This document shows, piece by piece, positions 10,942 to 24,756 of a DNA stretch of 64,000 nucleotides. Numbering within the stretch: the first letter of the stretch is position 1; each line of letters opens with the position of its first letter. This DNA is from Takakia lepidozioides. Lineage: Eukaryota; Plantae; Bryophyta. The notes beneath the pieces are model-generated. The model saw only the letters and a program-made list of their open reading frames with translations, was not told the DNA's origin and searched no databases. The position numbers and the translations under genes were made by a program. The DNA is taken from the NCBI GenBank assembly GCA_030704615.1, contig CM060733.1, forward strand, positions 67,642,001 to 67,706,000. Direction: 5' to 3'.

Positions 10942-13900
10942 ATGGGGTTGGGCAGGGCTAAGCAAAAGCAGACTGATCCAAAAGCCGATGAACCTAGCGA
11001 GCCCGGTAGGGGCGACGCGTCACCGGAGCGGCAACTTGAGGAGACAAGTTATGCTTCTGAAGGTGAGGCCGCTCGGGAGCCAGAGGCGTCTGGGGAGTCG
11101 GAGCTTGAGGACCTTCCGAAGACTCCGATGGACCAACATATGCCTCCAATGCCAACAGGTTTTTTGGAAGGGCTTTTGGCGCAGTTTGGTGGGACACTAA
11201 AGGACCTAATGAAGGCGGCCAACGCCACTTCCACAAAGGCTAAGCTTAAGGTGAAGCCTAAGGAACCTGACACCTTCGAGGGCGTCCGAAACCGGAAGGC
11301 ACTCAATACCTGGTTCCTAGGAGCTAGAGTCATACTTCCGGGCGGCCAAGTTGAGTGACGAGGACCGGGTGGAAGTGGCACCCACCTACTTGAGGGCTAT
11401 GCTCAACAATGGTGGCAGAAACGCCTTCATGACCAAGGGCCAAACCGGGAGACCTTGAGCTGGAGTGGGTTCAAGGAACTAATGAAAAAGCAGTTTGTGC
11501 CCCTCAACGCGTTTTGGCTCGTCCGAGACAAGATGAGGAGCTTGAGGCAAACAAATGACATTCGAGGCTATGTTCAGGCTTTCAATGTGCTATTGCTCGA
11601 AGTCGCGGATATGGCGGAACCAGAAATGGTCTTCTTACTTTGTGGCGGGGCTGGCCCTATGGGCCAGGCGGAAGTTGGAGGAGAGGCCACCAAAGACTTT
11701 TAATGAGGCAATTTAAAGGGCTGAATGTTTCTTGGATGTCCCTAGGGGCGAAAGACAGAGCCGTACGAAGCTGAACCACAAGAAGGTCCGACGACAGGGT
11801 GATTCCTTCCGACCAAAAAAGAAGTGGGATAAGCCACGTGGTGACAATGGCTCATGGAAATCAAAGGGAGGGCCTTTGCATGTCGAGACGGCACCCGATG
11901 CTCCAAAAAGAAAGAAAGAAAGAAGACTCCGACCAAAGCCGGCGTAACTAAGAGTCACTTCGCCTCACGGCTACTGCCCCCTCTCGGAGGTGGGCCCTCT
12001 AAGAAAAAGGTGTCCATAGGACACCAGGAGTCTAAAGGAAAAGATAACGCAGGGTACCTAGGGTACCCTAGGTACCCCGGAGGCCAGAGGAGGGTTGGAT
12101 TCGAGTTTTCGTTTGTTGGTAATAGTGGTTGTGAGAGAGCGGAGAGCTGTGAGGTGTATTGCTTTGAAGCATTTATGAATAGAGGGGATAAAGAGTTTAA
12201 AGTTGGTGTGTAGCGCATCGATACTGGCGTTATGAATGCCACCTCTAGTGCCAGCTGTGATAACCGATAAAGGGCTAGTAACCCAGCCCCTATGTCGGAG
12301 CGCTAGGATAAGTGGAGCGTATTTCAGCCGTTTGTCTAGAGTTGAGTCAGCGGGGTAGCGGTCAAGGCAGTAGGTGAACTCAATAAAGTAAATGGTAAGG
12401 TTCGGGGTTGGGGCGGTGGGTGAGGGGGAGTTTATGGGTAGGCCATGTATAAGCAAGATGTCTGGACATAGCCTGGCGAAACAGGTGTAGGGGTAGTGAG
12501 AGCTCCAAAAGGAAAATCAAGTGCGGCGGCTTATGGCGGGCAGAAGGTGACCTTTGATGGGGCGTGTTTCAATTGCGGGTAGACCGGGCATATGGCCAAG
12601 AGGAGCCCCAAACCCCGACAGCTGAACATGACCCGGACGACCACAGAGCTGTCCGAAGACTCCATCAGCCGCTTGGTGGAGGCGGTGGTCGCCAAGACTT
12701 GCAAGGTGGGCAACTACACATGTGAGCTCTTCCAAGAAGTTGGAGCATTATGTAATGGAAGCCGATTGATGTTTGTAAGCAGGAATTTTTTTGGATCCTT
12801 CATGACACCGGCAACGGCACGGAAGCTGGGTCTCCCGACAATTGACGTGGGGACTTCCATTGAAGTGCGCTCTGCCAAAGAAGAGCCGCAACTGGCTACA
12901 AGAGTGGCGTTCAACGTCGCTCTCCAACTAGGGAGATGGGAGAGGCGTGAGGACTTCACTATTTGCGAGATCGATGGGGTTGATCTCATTTTGGGAATGT
13001 CTTTCCTGAGTAAGTCCGGAGCGGTCATAGATGACCGCATGAGATTGGTCACGCTGCCGTGTGGGAACAGTAGCAAAGTTTTAGAAGCATCGGAAACGCC
13101 CAACCGAGTGGGAGGGCGAATAAACCTGCTAACGGCAAGGGAATGGGCCGTGGAGAAGCCAAACGAGCCCGATTTTTTGTTTTACGTGAGGCAAGTAGAA
13201 GGAGAAGTCAATAGGGAGCCGAGCCCAGATTGGATCAAGGGGATCCTGGAGAAATATCAGGATGTGATGCCGGAGGATTTACCGTGCCACCGCGAAGAGG
13301 GGTTGACCACAAGATAGAGGTGATGTCGGGATCGGAGCCGCCTGCCAAGGCGCCTACCGGTTGAATCATAGAGAGTTGGTCGAGCTGTAGATGCAGCTCA
13401 AGGATCTAATGGCAAAGGGGTACATCCGGCCGAGTAAGTCACCTTACGGAGCCCCGGTACTATTTGCAGATAAGAAGGATGGGACGCTGCGGATGTGTGT
13501 CTATTACAGGGCTCTGAATAAGGTGACTATAAAAAACCAGTACCCTTTGTCAAGGATTGACACCTCTTCGACCAGTTGGCAGGAGCAAAGTATTTCAGCC
13601 GAATCGATTTGCGCTCAGGTTACCACCAGATTCGGATAGCGGAAGGAGATGAGGAAAAGACAGCATGCAGAACAAGGTATGGTTCGTACAAGTTCTTGCT
13701 GATGCCTTTTGGGCTCACCAATGTGCCGACAACCTTTAGCACCCTGATGAGCTGTCTCTTTCAGGAGTGGTTAGATGACTTCGTGATCGTGTACATCGAC
13801 GACATCTTGGTGTACTTGAAATAAAGGAAGACCACCTGGAGCACCTCAAAAGGGTGTTCCGGAAATTGCGAGAAGGGAAGCTCTATGCCAAAACTTCAGA

Positions 13901-14221
13901 GTGCAAATTCGGGGTCACAAAATTAGTGGAGTTCCTGGGGCATATGATTACACAGGATGGGATCAAAATGGATGACAAAAAGGTGAGGGCAATCTTGGAC
14001 TGGGAGCCTTCGACTTCGGTCCCGGGAGTGCGATCCTTTCTGAGACTTGTCTCCTACTACCAAAGGTATGTGAGGAATTTTGCCAAAGATCGCGGGGCCG
14101 CTGTCAGACCTCTTGTGTAAATCGAAGGTATGGGTGTGGAACACCTTTTGTGGCCAAGCTTTTGCCAAATTGAAGCGGTGGATGGTGGAAGCTCCAGTTT
14201 TGAAGATCCCGGAGTTCGACC
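10942..14221 (+). pseudogene. Degenerate gag-protease-RT of the Ty3/gypsy element, truncated before RNase H/integrase
   Basis: Gag (KPKEPDTFEG..W..FKELMKKQF), decayed zinc knuckle CFNCG*TGH, protease tail DLILGMSFL, RT ([42 protein letters not shown]); many frameshifts; interrupted by a LINE fragment and a CACTA end. Confidence 0.9.
11909..12501 (-). mobile_element. 5'-truncated Dualen/RandI-like non-LTR retrotransposon (RLE C-terminus plus structured 3' UTR) inserted in gag
   Basis: Minus-strand protein (C)PDILLIHGLP..IYFIEFTYCLDRYP..KRLKYAPL; (CTTT)n tail; 9-bp TSD GCTCCAAAA (11900-11908/12502-12510). Confidence 0.85.
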
Positions 14222-14650
14222 CACTGGAAGGAAAACGTGGAATAACCACTATGTGAACCACTGGTTTTTTAGTGGGAAAGGACACTTAACCACTCCGAGC
14301 TTACCAGTGTTATAGAACGAGTGCATTTCGTGTCCTAGTGGTCAAAGACATAACGTGTCACCAGTGGTTAAAAGACAGTGGTTACGGCCACTAGCCTCCA
14401 GGTCCACCTGTACGTTGACCTGTCAGCATTGGTAAACTAACTACTGAACAACATAGTGACTCGAACCACTGCCAACGGCTGTGACATGGACGCAACGAAT
14501 CTGTCGATGATATTGAGCAATATCATGACACGTGTCCCTTTTCCCATGGACACGTGGACGCAGAAAGATTGTCGATGAGATTGGACAGTATGTAGACACG
14601 TGGCCTTATCAACCAAGGACACGTGTCACATTTTTGGATTCCATCAAAAT
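14222..14650 (+). mobile_element. Left terminus of a CACTA/EnSpm element (CACTG type) with subterminal repeats
   Basis: CACTGGAAGGAAAAC starts exactly where gypsy pol homology stops; dense ACCACT/AGTGGT subterminal motifs; Tnp2 transposase lies downstream. Confidence 0.65.
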
Positions 14651-14795
14651 TGCAATGACTTCAAAAACAACTATGTGAGTGAGCAATAAATGACTCACAT
14701 GTTGATATAATGAGAATTAACAATATATAATACCACTGACAAAGTGGTTATGTAAAACCCATTCAGTCATTCAGTACTCATTTCATGTAGTTTTA

Positions 14796-14988
14796 ACAAC
14801 CAACATGTAGCCCAGTGGTAAGGGTGTATACCCTCTTACGAGTGGTTGTGGGTTCAAACCACCCTATTGGTTGTTATAAAGGTGTCCACCTTCATACTAG
14901 AAGGCAGTAGCCCTTCCGGGTCAAGTGACACCATACGTTACGTTTGCTTCGGCAACGCGTCCATTTTTTATTTTTTATTTTTTATTTT
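14796..14988 (+). mobile_element. tRNA-derived SINE, copy 2 (divergent subfamily)
   Basis: A and B boxes, 3' module, (T6A)n tail; 15-bp TSD TTTCATGTAGTTTTA. Confidence 0.9.
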
Positions 14989-16099
14989 TTTCATGTAGTT
15001 TTAGATAGGTCAAGATTATTATTCGCTGGTGTGAAATACAGGAACGGCTCTAGCTCTAGTAGTAGTTTGTTAGACGTCTACCAGTATTCATCCAATGGTC
15101 AGGTTGTACAATAAAACCATTGTCTCAGTCATTCTCTCTGTCCCACTGAGTAGGGACTATGTATTGGGATGATTTCTGACACAGTATTTTAGTGATTTAG
15201 AATACAACTGGAGGATACAAACCACTATTACAGGAAGTGACTAATCCTACCACTAGTGGATTTGCCTACTGTCAGAGTCTTAAAAATACCACTAGTAGAG
15301 TGGTGTGTAAGTGATTAGGAATAGGACTGGAGGAACACATACCACTACTATGGTGATATGTAAATGATTACGCATACCACTAGTGTAGTGAAAGAAGAAC
15401 CAATTGTGTTCATTTGGCTACTGTCGGTCTTCCCCCTAGCCTCTGTAAATGATGGAGCAAAGATGCATTGCCAATTTGAACAGGCCCACACATTGCAAGT
15501 GAATCTGCAATCAAAATAGTCTTGAAGATTCAAGCTTCAAAAAACACAATAGAACCCCAGAGAGTAAGTGCTGGAACAGAGTCAACAAAAATCCAGCCAT
15601 GATAAAAGGTCTCCTTCTACATCTACACGATGTCTCCATATGCATGCTAAGAACACTACACTACTTTCTTGCCTTATCCTCACTGCCAGCAATGTCTCTG
15701 CCCGGGTGAACTAAACCTCTAAGCCCTCTTCATGTGCTTCTCTGGCCAAAGACAATTCAAAACTAGGACCTGATCTGACTCTGTTTGCGGTGGGTTCTCT
15801 TCCTTGTTAGGATAAGGCAACTTGCAATCTGCAACATAGACATAAGTCACCTCAACTTGTCACTGGCCTTCAAGAATATCACGGCAGTGATATTCCAAAG
15901 TGCCTTAAATTACACGGCGTCCGATGCTGTGAATGCCTGGAACACCACACTCTGGCACCCTTGCAATGACCCACATCAGAATGAAAATTTTAAAACAAGA
16001 ACATTGCACTCCCTATCATGACCTCTCCCTCTCCCTCTCCCTATGCATCTGATTGCCACTAAGAACACCTAAAGTCTGTCACAGGTGCAGAAACCACTT

Positions 16100-16460
16100 A
16101 AATATTTTAGCCTACCTTTGGACAGCAAACTGAATCAACTGAGAGGAAAAGGGGATTGCAAATGCCCTATGTGTGGGCAACTTAAAGGCATCGGACATTT
16201 TCTGGTTCACTGTCAGGGGTTCGACCAGCGAGACACCCTCTTCAAATCCAGCCTGCAAGGGTTCGTGCCTGTACATTTGTTTAATTACCAACTAAATGAG
16301 AAACTTGAGGCTGAGCCAAAGCTTAGCCCCTTTCAAACTCTTGGCAGTAGACTGAATTTAAACTCAGTGGGGGTACTCTCTCTGAAAATCTAAATTGTCC
16401 GGGGTTTTCTCAGCAGACAGACCCTCTCGTCAAATCTACCAAGGGAATTCTGCATGTACC
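16100..16460 (+). mobile_element. Non-LTR retrotransposon C-terminal CCHC zinc-finger fragment
   Basis: CKCPMCGQLKGIGHFLVHC; same family as the repeated units at 26220-32070. Confidence 0.55.
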
Positions 16461-16963
16461 TTTGTTGACCAAACAATCTGGGCGCGGGGTCATTGGCCAC
16501 GGCAAACAACGGCAAACAGGCACAACTTCATGTTGACAGATCTGAGAAGAAGGTCTCTCTGCTTAAAAAACCCTAGACACCAAATCATGAAGCCCTAGAT
16601 TTGGTATGGAGTCAGAGAGAATGAGAGATAGAGAGGATGAGGGGGGCAGGGAAAGAGGGGGGATCCGACCTCCTTAGTTGGGGTCTTGGGGGGGCGCTTC
16701 GATGGAGTCATACGAGGACTAGGAGCTTGGGGCAAAATCTCCTGACTGGAGTCTGACTCCTCCTCGTCGGTGCTCATTGGGGCACTTTGTGTCGCTCCAC
16801 TGTCCTTATCATTGTGGCTCGAGCTCCCCTCTGTCTCCACCACACCCATGCTCCTCCTCAATTGTGAGTTTCTTCGAGGCGTCCCACTCTACACATAGCG
16901 TTTTTTTCACTCAACTGTTTGGCTCTTCTCTCTGAAATGACAAGTCTAAGAATGTCGGAGACC

Positions 16964-17240
16964 TCACTCACACACATGAAAGCCCCAACATTCAAATGCG
17001 ATGGCTACTTCACTCACACACTGGAAAGCCCAAGCATTGCGGAACGCGATGGCTACTTCACTCACACACAAGAAAGCCCTAACATTCAAACGCGATGGCT
17101 AATTCACTCACACGCAGGAAAGCCCAAGCATTCAAAATGCGGTGGCTACTTCACTCACACACAGGAAAGCCCTTGCATTCAAAACACGGTGGTTAGTTCC
17201 CTCACACACAAGCAAGCCCGAGCTTGGGGCAACGCGATGG
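16964..17240. repeat. Minisatellite, ~46-48-bp unit, about 6 copies
   Basis: Repeated TCACTCACAC..GAAAGCCC..CATTCAAA.GCG.TGGCTACT. Confidence 0.8.
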
Positions 17241-18331
17241 CACTTAGTGATAGTCGAGAGAAAGTGAGAGTGGCGCCTCCACGTCGGGGAGGTTCCACTC
17301 AGCATCGGACGGTTCAGATCCCTCCATTTCGGAGATGGGACGTGGACGCGTCACTTCAATATTTTGGGGATTATTAGGGTACAAAAAAACAACTAGCTTA
17401 GTAAGACTAACAACTGCATGCTGCTGACATGGATGTCACGTTCAACTTGTGCAAATTAGGGTATGGGTACTTGTGCAGAAAGGGTGACACTATGATAAGG
17501 GGAAGAAGGAGATGATGCACTACAGGAATGCAACATGGGAGCAAGAACGTGGAGCTTACCTCTGCAAGTTCGTGAGGTTGGGAAATTGTGAGCAATGAAG
17601 GAACCTACGGGTGGTATGCGAATAGGGATGGAGCGCACGTGGAGCTTACTCTGGATTGTTGAATTTATGCCATTGCAACAACCATTCCTTGTTTTCAGCT
17701 ATTCTCTTTGCATGAAATCGTTCGTATTCTCCCATACCATCGCTCTCTCCCGAGGTAAACCATGATTCGCTTCCATCACCATTTTCCTGCCTTTCTTCTC
17801 TTGCTACATCGTCTGATGCATTGTCATCTGTAGGCTCTTCTGGGCGCAATTCACTCTCTGCCATTCCACCACGATGCTTGAGCAGGATTGGAAAGAGGAG
17901 AATAATATGTGCCCCTGTTACAAGCACGCCAGGTCTGGATTGTCTAGATGTAACCAAATGCAGCACCATTACTTAGAATGGGCTGAAGCTGAAGGCTCAG
18001 GTTTTCTCTTTCCTCCCTTTCTATCCTTCCCACCCACAGTAGACCTTCTACCTAGAAATAGGGATGATGGAGCTAGCCCACCACGTAGCAATTAAACCCA
18101 CCAATTTATTACTTGTTAAGTGGTATGTACACTATAACAGTGAGGTGTTTTACATCTGATGGACTATCGAAGTCATATGATCCTTTGTGTAGTTGTAACT
18201 GGATAATCGCCAATGAAACAATTACTCCACAAGTGGTAGTTTACAACTACAGAGTAGTGACTTAGTCTTACTCTTAAGGACTTGGTCAAATTTTGATGCC
18301 TCCACTCATACCATGATAGGAAGAACTCAGC

Positions 18332-21200
18332 ATGGAGCAGCCGACAGCAGAAGAAAGACTTAGAAACCAGAAGTGTGATGATGCTCTCTGGGTTCGTGAG
18401 GTTGCCCGGGCTCGAGAATGTGGTGTCCAAAAATTTAGATTCCCATGCACGATGTGTAAGGGTGGACGACGACATATTCCTATAAAGGGAGTTCGCAGAC
18501 ATTTAATTGATAATGAAAGGTCCCCTGTGTTCAGATGTTGGAGAGGAGCAAGGTGGCATGATTCTGATGATGAATAGGAAGAGAACCCCATGGAAGGTGT
18601 CGACATTGGTACAACAAAACCAGGGAACCGGGGTGCTTCTGCTGCAGTCAAACGACCAGCTCATCCTACTCCTCCAGAATTGGACAGTAATGTAGAGGTA
18701 CACCGCATGATTCAAGAGACTTTTCAGATCATAGATACAATGCACGCATTAATTAATGGGGCAGAAGAGGAGTTAGAGGATGTGGATGTTCAATCCAATA
18801 CGAACATCCCACCAGAAGCCCATGACCCGGTCGCGGGTGGGGACTCTCGCTCTGATGATCCCATCTTGTTGGAAGAGCCATGTACACCTTTATATGAAGG
18901 CTATAAATCCTCTAAGCTTGCAGCCACCATGCTTATAATGAATCTATGCACAACACATGGGGTTACAAATGCCTTTGCAGATGAAATGTTCTCTTTGCTG
19001 CAGAAAACCTTGTTGCCACAACCGAACATACTACCCACATCTTTCTACCATGCAAAGACCATGGTGAGCAAGCTTGGGCTTGCTTATGAGAAGATCGATG
19101 CTTTCCCAAAGGGGTGTGTGTTGTTTAGAGGGAACTTGCAAGGTTCAGAGAGGTGCCCCAAATGTGAAAGCGCCCGATTCAAAAATGTGGGGAGATCCAA
19201 GGTATCTGTTAAGGTGCTTCGACATTTTCCATTGATACCACGCCATTTGCGTTTGTATAGATGCTCTTCTATTGCACAATTAATGACCTAGCACAGTCGG
19301 CATGCAAGCAACGATGGCCTAGTGTGCCATGCAGCTGATTCAAAGGCTTGGAAACACATTGATGCTACTTGGCCCGACTTTGCAGCAGAGCCTCGCAATG
19401 TAAGGCTTGGTTTTTCCTTGGATAGAGTGAACCCGTTTTGTGATAAGAACAATTGCTGGTCAACATGGCCAGTGTTGATGCTGGTAATACAACCTACCTC
19501 TGTGGCTCACTACAAAGTAGTTCTTTGTCATGCTTACTCTCTTGATTCCAGGAAAGTAGTCAGTTACAAGTGAGCACATTGATGTGTACTTAGCACCACT
19601 GATGGAGGAGTTACTTGTTTTGTGGAGGGGGGTTCGGGCATATGACATATGCAAACCTGTTGGTGAGAGAACCTTCATACTATGCGCCATACTATTGTGG
19701 AGCATCCATGATTTTCCTGCTTATGGCCTACTTGCAGGATGTGTCACAAAAGACTACAAAGGGTGTCCAATATGCGGTCCTCATGTAGATGCAAGACACT
19801 CTAAAGTTCTGTGCAAAACTATCTAGCGAAGCCACCTCCGTTCACACTGGTTGAACAAGAGGTCGCTGTTGTTGAGGCTGCAGGTTATGACCTTGACCCC
19901 AGTGCTTTTCCTGATACTGAAGTTCATCCAGCCAATGTTCATGGTATCAAAAGGCGGAGCTGTCAATGGGATTTCCATACAGGAAGGTACCCCTTGCACT
20001 TGTACTTGTTTGAGTTCAAGTGGTCCGGTGTCTTCAGGGTGGATATATCCCATGGAGCGTTACATGAAAGATCTCAAGGGGTACGTTAGAGTATATACAA
20101 TTATTTGATGGAACTCAACGGTGGATTTGAGATGCAAATGAGGACGAAGGTGTTGAGGATGAGGTCTTGGAAGGTGGAGGCAAAAAGCGGGACATGACTG
20201 GAGCTGAGAGAGATGCAGCACATTTATATGTGTTGAACAATACCAATGTCATGGCTCCTTGGGTGCAATGAGTACTTCTTTTCATTGCTCCTTATTCATA
20301 TCAAGTTCAATTTCAATTCTGACTGTCGCTAGTGGTTCAATCCACCCACAAAGTCACAAATGTCGGTAAGTATCAGTGGTTCATTGTGATTATAACCACT
20401 TCTGTAGTAACTTAATGTCTGACTGAGTGGATTTTTGTAAGAGCATGTGCATAATTTACAAGTGATTCTTCTCACTCGTCCAGTGGTTTTCAAAGTATCA
20501 TTCATGCTAGGTACTTGCATGCCAGTCGAAGTCACCGCAACCTTCCGGTGCAATACCCTCACTATTTGTTGGAGTTTCGACCCCTACCGGTATGGATACG
20601 CCGTGCAATCCAGGCCCATGTCTCTGAGCATAGTGCTGAGGATAGGGATCTCGTTCGTTTGTCTAGTCCACCCTCATTGAGATCAGCTTCATTTCGTGGC
20701 ATGAAGGCATATGGAAATCATTATCGAGTGGATGACACGGAGAGTCGTCTTCTTGTCTTTTTTCATTCCGAAGTTGCATCCGTCTTCCACCAACAGAGTA
20801 GAAATAGTGTGCGTGATAGAAATCTAGTCATGTCACCATTAGAGTACGTTGGGGTCATCAAAAAGATCTTGAAATTGGATTATGGACGAGTGCACCCCAT
20901 TGTATTTCGTTGTGCTTGGGTGAGGGCCAACCTCGTTGGACAAAATGCTACAACGAAGCGGGATTCGTATGGTTTTCTACTTGCGAATTTTGGGAGGATG
21001 TTACCCAAAAATGAAGAGCTGTTCATCTTTCCATCTCAAGTTGAACAGGTGTTCTTTTCGGATGAGTCCCCAAGTTCGGAGTAGAAGGTAGTCCTTCGGA
21101 AAGATCCAAGAGCAAAAAAGATTGTGGCGGACATAGATCAATGTGACATTGGAGAAAATGCAGATTTCGATGGCCTTCCCTGCAGATGTTACGGGCAATG
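18332..21200 (+). pseudogene. CACTA/EnSpm Tnp2 transposase pseudogene (transposase-associated Zn domain, Transposase_21, DUF4218/DUF4216-like)
   Basis: FPCTMCK..RHL, LYEG..SKL, KVLRHFPLIPR, HAADSKAWKHID..FAAEPRNVRLG, IHDFPAYGLLAG, WIYPMERYMKDLKGYVR, EYVGVIKKILKLDYG, FIFPSQVEQVFF; stops and deletions. Confidence 0.92.
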
Positions 21201-23204
21201 GAATGAGCAGGGGTGTGTGTAGAGGGGGACTTGGTGCATTCTACTGGTGTTTTGATTTCCCTTGATTAGCAGTAATGAAGGGATGAGGGGAGACAAGGGG
21301 GAGGCAGCTTGGTATCTTGTGCAGCTGCCAGGTGAGATGAAGCGGTGTCGCCGTTGCTTTTATGATTGTCACTTAGCAATTGCTAGAGGATAAGTTTGCG
21401 GGGGGAGCAGCTTGGTAATGTGCTGTGCTGACAGATGAGGGGGCGGTGCTATTGTTGGCTTGATGAGTGGTGACTCGGGCTCACTAGAAGATAGGGTTGT
21501 TGGGGGCAAGTCAATGTACAGAGCAGGAGGCCTTTAGCTACTGAAGCTTCTTTGTTGAGTGAATATCTTATCTTAGGGTAGATTAGCAGTAAGGGGGGGG
21601 GTGTCAATTAGCAAGCGACAGAGCTGCTGCCAGAAGATAGAGTAGTGTCGTCGGGGCTTGATGGACTTTTAACTTAGAATCCCTGGAGGATGGGCGCTAA
21701 GGCGGTGAAGGGATTTGCATGCGTGATCCTTGTTTTTAGAGAGCGCCGTTGAGTACAGGCGACAGCGGGGGTTATGGTAACTGCTGACAGGGAGGGTGAG
21801 GTGCCAATTTGGGCAGGGAGCCCCACCGCTTCATCTGGAGTATAAATCAGCTAAGTTCGTGGGTGTTTTTCTTCCTTCACTTAGGATAGTTGCGGTTGAT
21901 TTTGTTGAGATGCTCTCAAGTTAGAATGAGAGAGGAGACAACTTTTTGAAAAATGGAATGTGGTTGTTGTCTGGACTTCAAACTAGGAAGGTGTAGAGAA
22001 AATGGGAGATGATGCATGTATCTCTGGGAATGCTGATAGAGGGTAGATGTAGCTCTCCTACAATCACTGAATGTGTAATGTTGGCTTTGCTTTTGATGTT
22101 CTGGTTCCAGCACTGTGAGTCTGGAATCAATGCTGCTTTAGAGTTTTAGTGTCAATCATGTCTGCAAACCAGTAGTGTAGAGTATCACAAGGAAGATTTG
22201 ATGTCTCTTGTCATAGTATAGGAAAGAGGGTTGAGGATTTTCACTGCAAGGATTAGGGTATGCCTTTTATCAGAGGGATGTATACAGTAGAGAGATGGAT
22301 TGTAGAACTCCTGAAGTTGTTGAGTGTAGCTGCATTACTTAGGGATTACATGAGTGATACTGTCACTTCATTTTCATGGTTAGCATGAGAGGGTTCAGCT
22401 TTGGGAAATCTGGTGATTAAGAGGTGAATGCAAAAGTAAGGTCTTGGTAGAATGCAGATGTACTTAAAGGGGTTTGTAGCTATTGACTGACAACCTGAAT
22501 TGCTTCTGCAAGCAATCAGGATGGGGATCTTGGTTTGGGAAGAGAGAAAGACTAAGGGAGGATGTGGTTTGATCTTGTGATTCCAAGGATGAGTTCCGAA
22601 AGAGGTCCACACTGTCCATACCTGTCTTTGGTGCACCTGCATTGCATGTAGATAGGCTGCATTGATAGATAAAAGGAACAAGGGAACTTGTCACCAGAAA
22701 GGGCAGGGAAAATATCTGGAAAAGGGAGATCTGCATAGCAAAAATAAGAATGAAGGAGGGTCATTTGAAGTTAAAGGAAAACCCATGAGTTGCAGAGAAT
22801 TACCCATGTCTATACATTGTGGTAGATCCATGTTGCCTTCCCACATTTCAGTGATTTCATTTCAAAAGGGGCTCAACATGTACTGCTTGTAAGTGACAAC
22901 CTCATAGGCTGTCATTAACTCTAATTTTGAGCTCTTTGTGACACCGAAATCATCACAACAATTCAACTGGTGTATGCAACCCTACTTAGATTGTATCAAA
23001 TCACAAGGGAGAGTAAACTTCTCACCCCCATCCATGTCTTCCCTTCCGCTGCGGCGTGGATGAGGGCATCTGGACTCTGATCATGAACAACTTAAAGCCA
23101 CTTAATTGGTGTGTTAGTCTTAGGGTAGCAAGTACTTCTTTCACTAAGAACTAAATTAGAAGTAGAGAGAAGGGGATTTATGCCCCTTCTTTTCACACTA
23201 CAGG

Positions 23205-23940
23205 CACACCAAGTTCATCCCCTGGATGGAAATACGGCGCCACATTTCCATCCACGGGAAGCTGGATGAAGTCGTCTCGCGGGCAGGGAGCGCCAGGTGG
23301 CACACCAAGTTCATCCCGCCGATGGAAATGCGGGGCCGAATTCCATCCGGTGGGAGTTGGATGAAACCATCTTGGGGGGAGAGAGGGCCAATTGGCATCC
23401 CAATCTCATCCAGGATGGATATTTGGCGCCGAATATCCATCTTGCGCGGGCAGATGGAACTGTGTTGGACCATTTTCACCCGTTTTTTCCCGTTTTCGGA
23501 GATTTTTATCATTTTTTGTTCTTTCACATCATTTTCTATCCCTCCGACCGCCTTTTTCATCCCCAGAGAGGCCCAAATTTCATCCCCAGGATGGAAATGC
23601 GGCGCCAAATTTCCATCCTGGGGCATTTGGACGAAGTCATCTCGGGGGGAGGGGGCACCCCAAGTTCATCCCCTGGATGGAAATATGGCGCCAAATTTCC
23701 ATCCAAGGGGGTTTGGATGAAGTCGTCTCGGGGGGAAAGAGGGCCAGCTGGCACCCCAAGTTCGTCCCCTGGATGGAAATACGGCGCCGAATTTCCATCC
23801 AGGGGGGATGGGATGAAGTCGTCTCGGGGGAGGGAGGGCCAGCTGGCACCCCAAGTTCATCCCTTGGATGGAAATACGGTGCCGAATTTCCATCCATGGG
23901 GTTTGGAAGTTCATCCCCTGGATGGAGAGGCGCCGACTTT
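23205..23940. repeat. Second array of the ~95-bp unit with the 30-bp GGCGCC-centred palindrome (7-8 units)
   Basis: Same unit and orientation as 9597-10142. Confidence 0.9.
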
Positions 23941-24756
23941 TTTCCTTTGGGTTGAATGAGCGCATGTCGATTCCATTCGATTGAGCGTAATTATTGCTCG
24001 CCACCTGCCCTGCATTTATATTCCGCCATCATTTTGTCTGAACCCACATGGATCTGCACGGCTTTCCGCGGAGCTTAACGGATACGCTTGCTGCGGATGA
24101 TGTGAAGGGTGAATGAAGTTCGTTGTAGGGGCCACCTTTCACGCATTATCCGCTAGCCACGGACATTTTTGTTGGTCTCACGGATGCCGCGTCAAGAAGC
24201 CCGAGGCTCTCTTGTGGGAATCGAACGTTCTCGGAAGCGGCGAAAACTGAAACCTTTGTACTTTGGGCCGAGACCCCCGACTTGCATGGCCAAACTAAAA
24301 CTACCGCATGAGATCCCCTTGTCTTACTCACAGCCCCACCCAACTGAGTTTTCTCAAGTGAGCGCTGGTTTTTCTCGTATTATCGTTGATTCATGATTCG
24401 CTAGTGCTGTGGTGTGTAATACAACTGTTTCAAGGCGGCAGTGTGTTTCCTCTTTGTGTTTTCGTTCTGTTTCATTCTGTTTGCCGCCACTGACCATAGC
24501 GGGTGTTTGGGGGTCTTACCAGAGCACAAGGTTGAAGGTATCCCAGAGAGGGTTTCATTTTCAGACTCTCATCATTTGCGTCTGGTTCTCTTGCGTGTGA
24601 TTCGGCGTGTTTCTTTCATGGTCCATTCTTCCATGGTCCATTTGCCCTTATACTTTATTCACTAAGGCTGTGGTTTGCATGTGGGCCATTTTGTTGGGCA
24701 TGACAGAGTGACGAAGATCGCGAAGACACGGTGGTGGTCTCATCGACAACTCCAAC

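Noticed and set aside
21240-23190. Coding gene downstream of the CACTA transposase
   Set aside because: Only degenerate ~100-bp purine-rich repeats and stop-ridden sequence; no confident motif
23198-24004. ORFs with repeated WMEIRRRISI/GWKYGAEFPS/DGNSAPNFHP peptides (also 9.4-10.2 kb, and similar repeat ORFs at 55.0-55.5 kb)
   Set aside because: They are translations of palindromic DNA repeats, open in several frames on both strands
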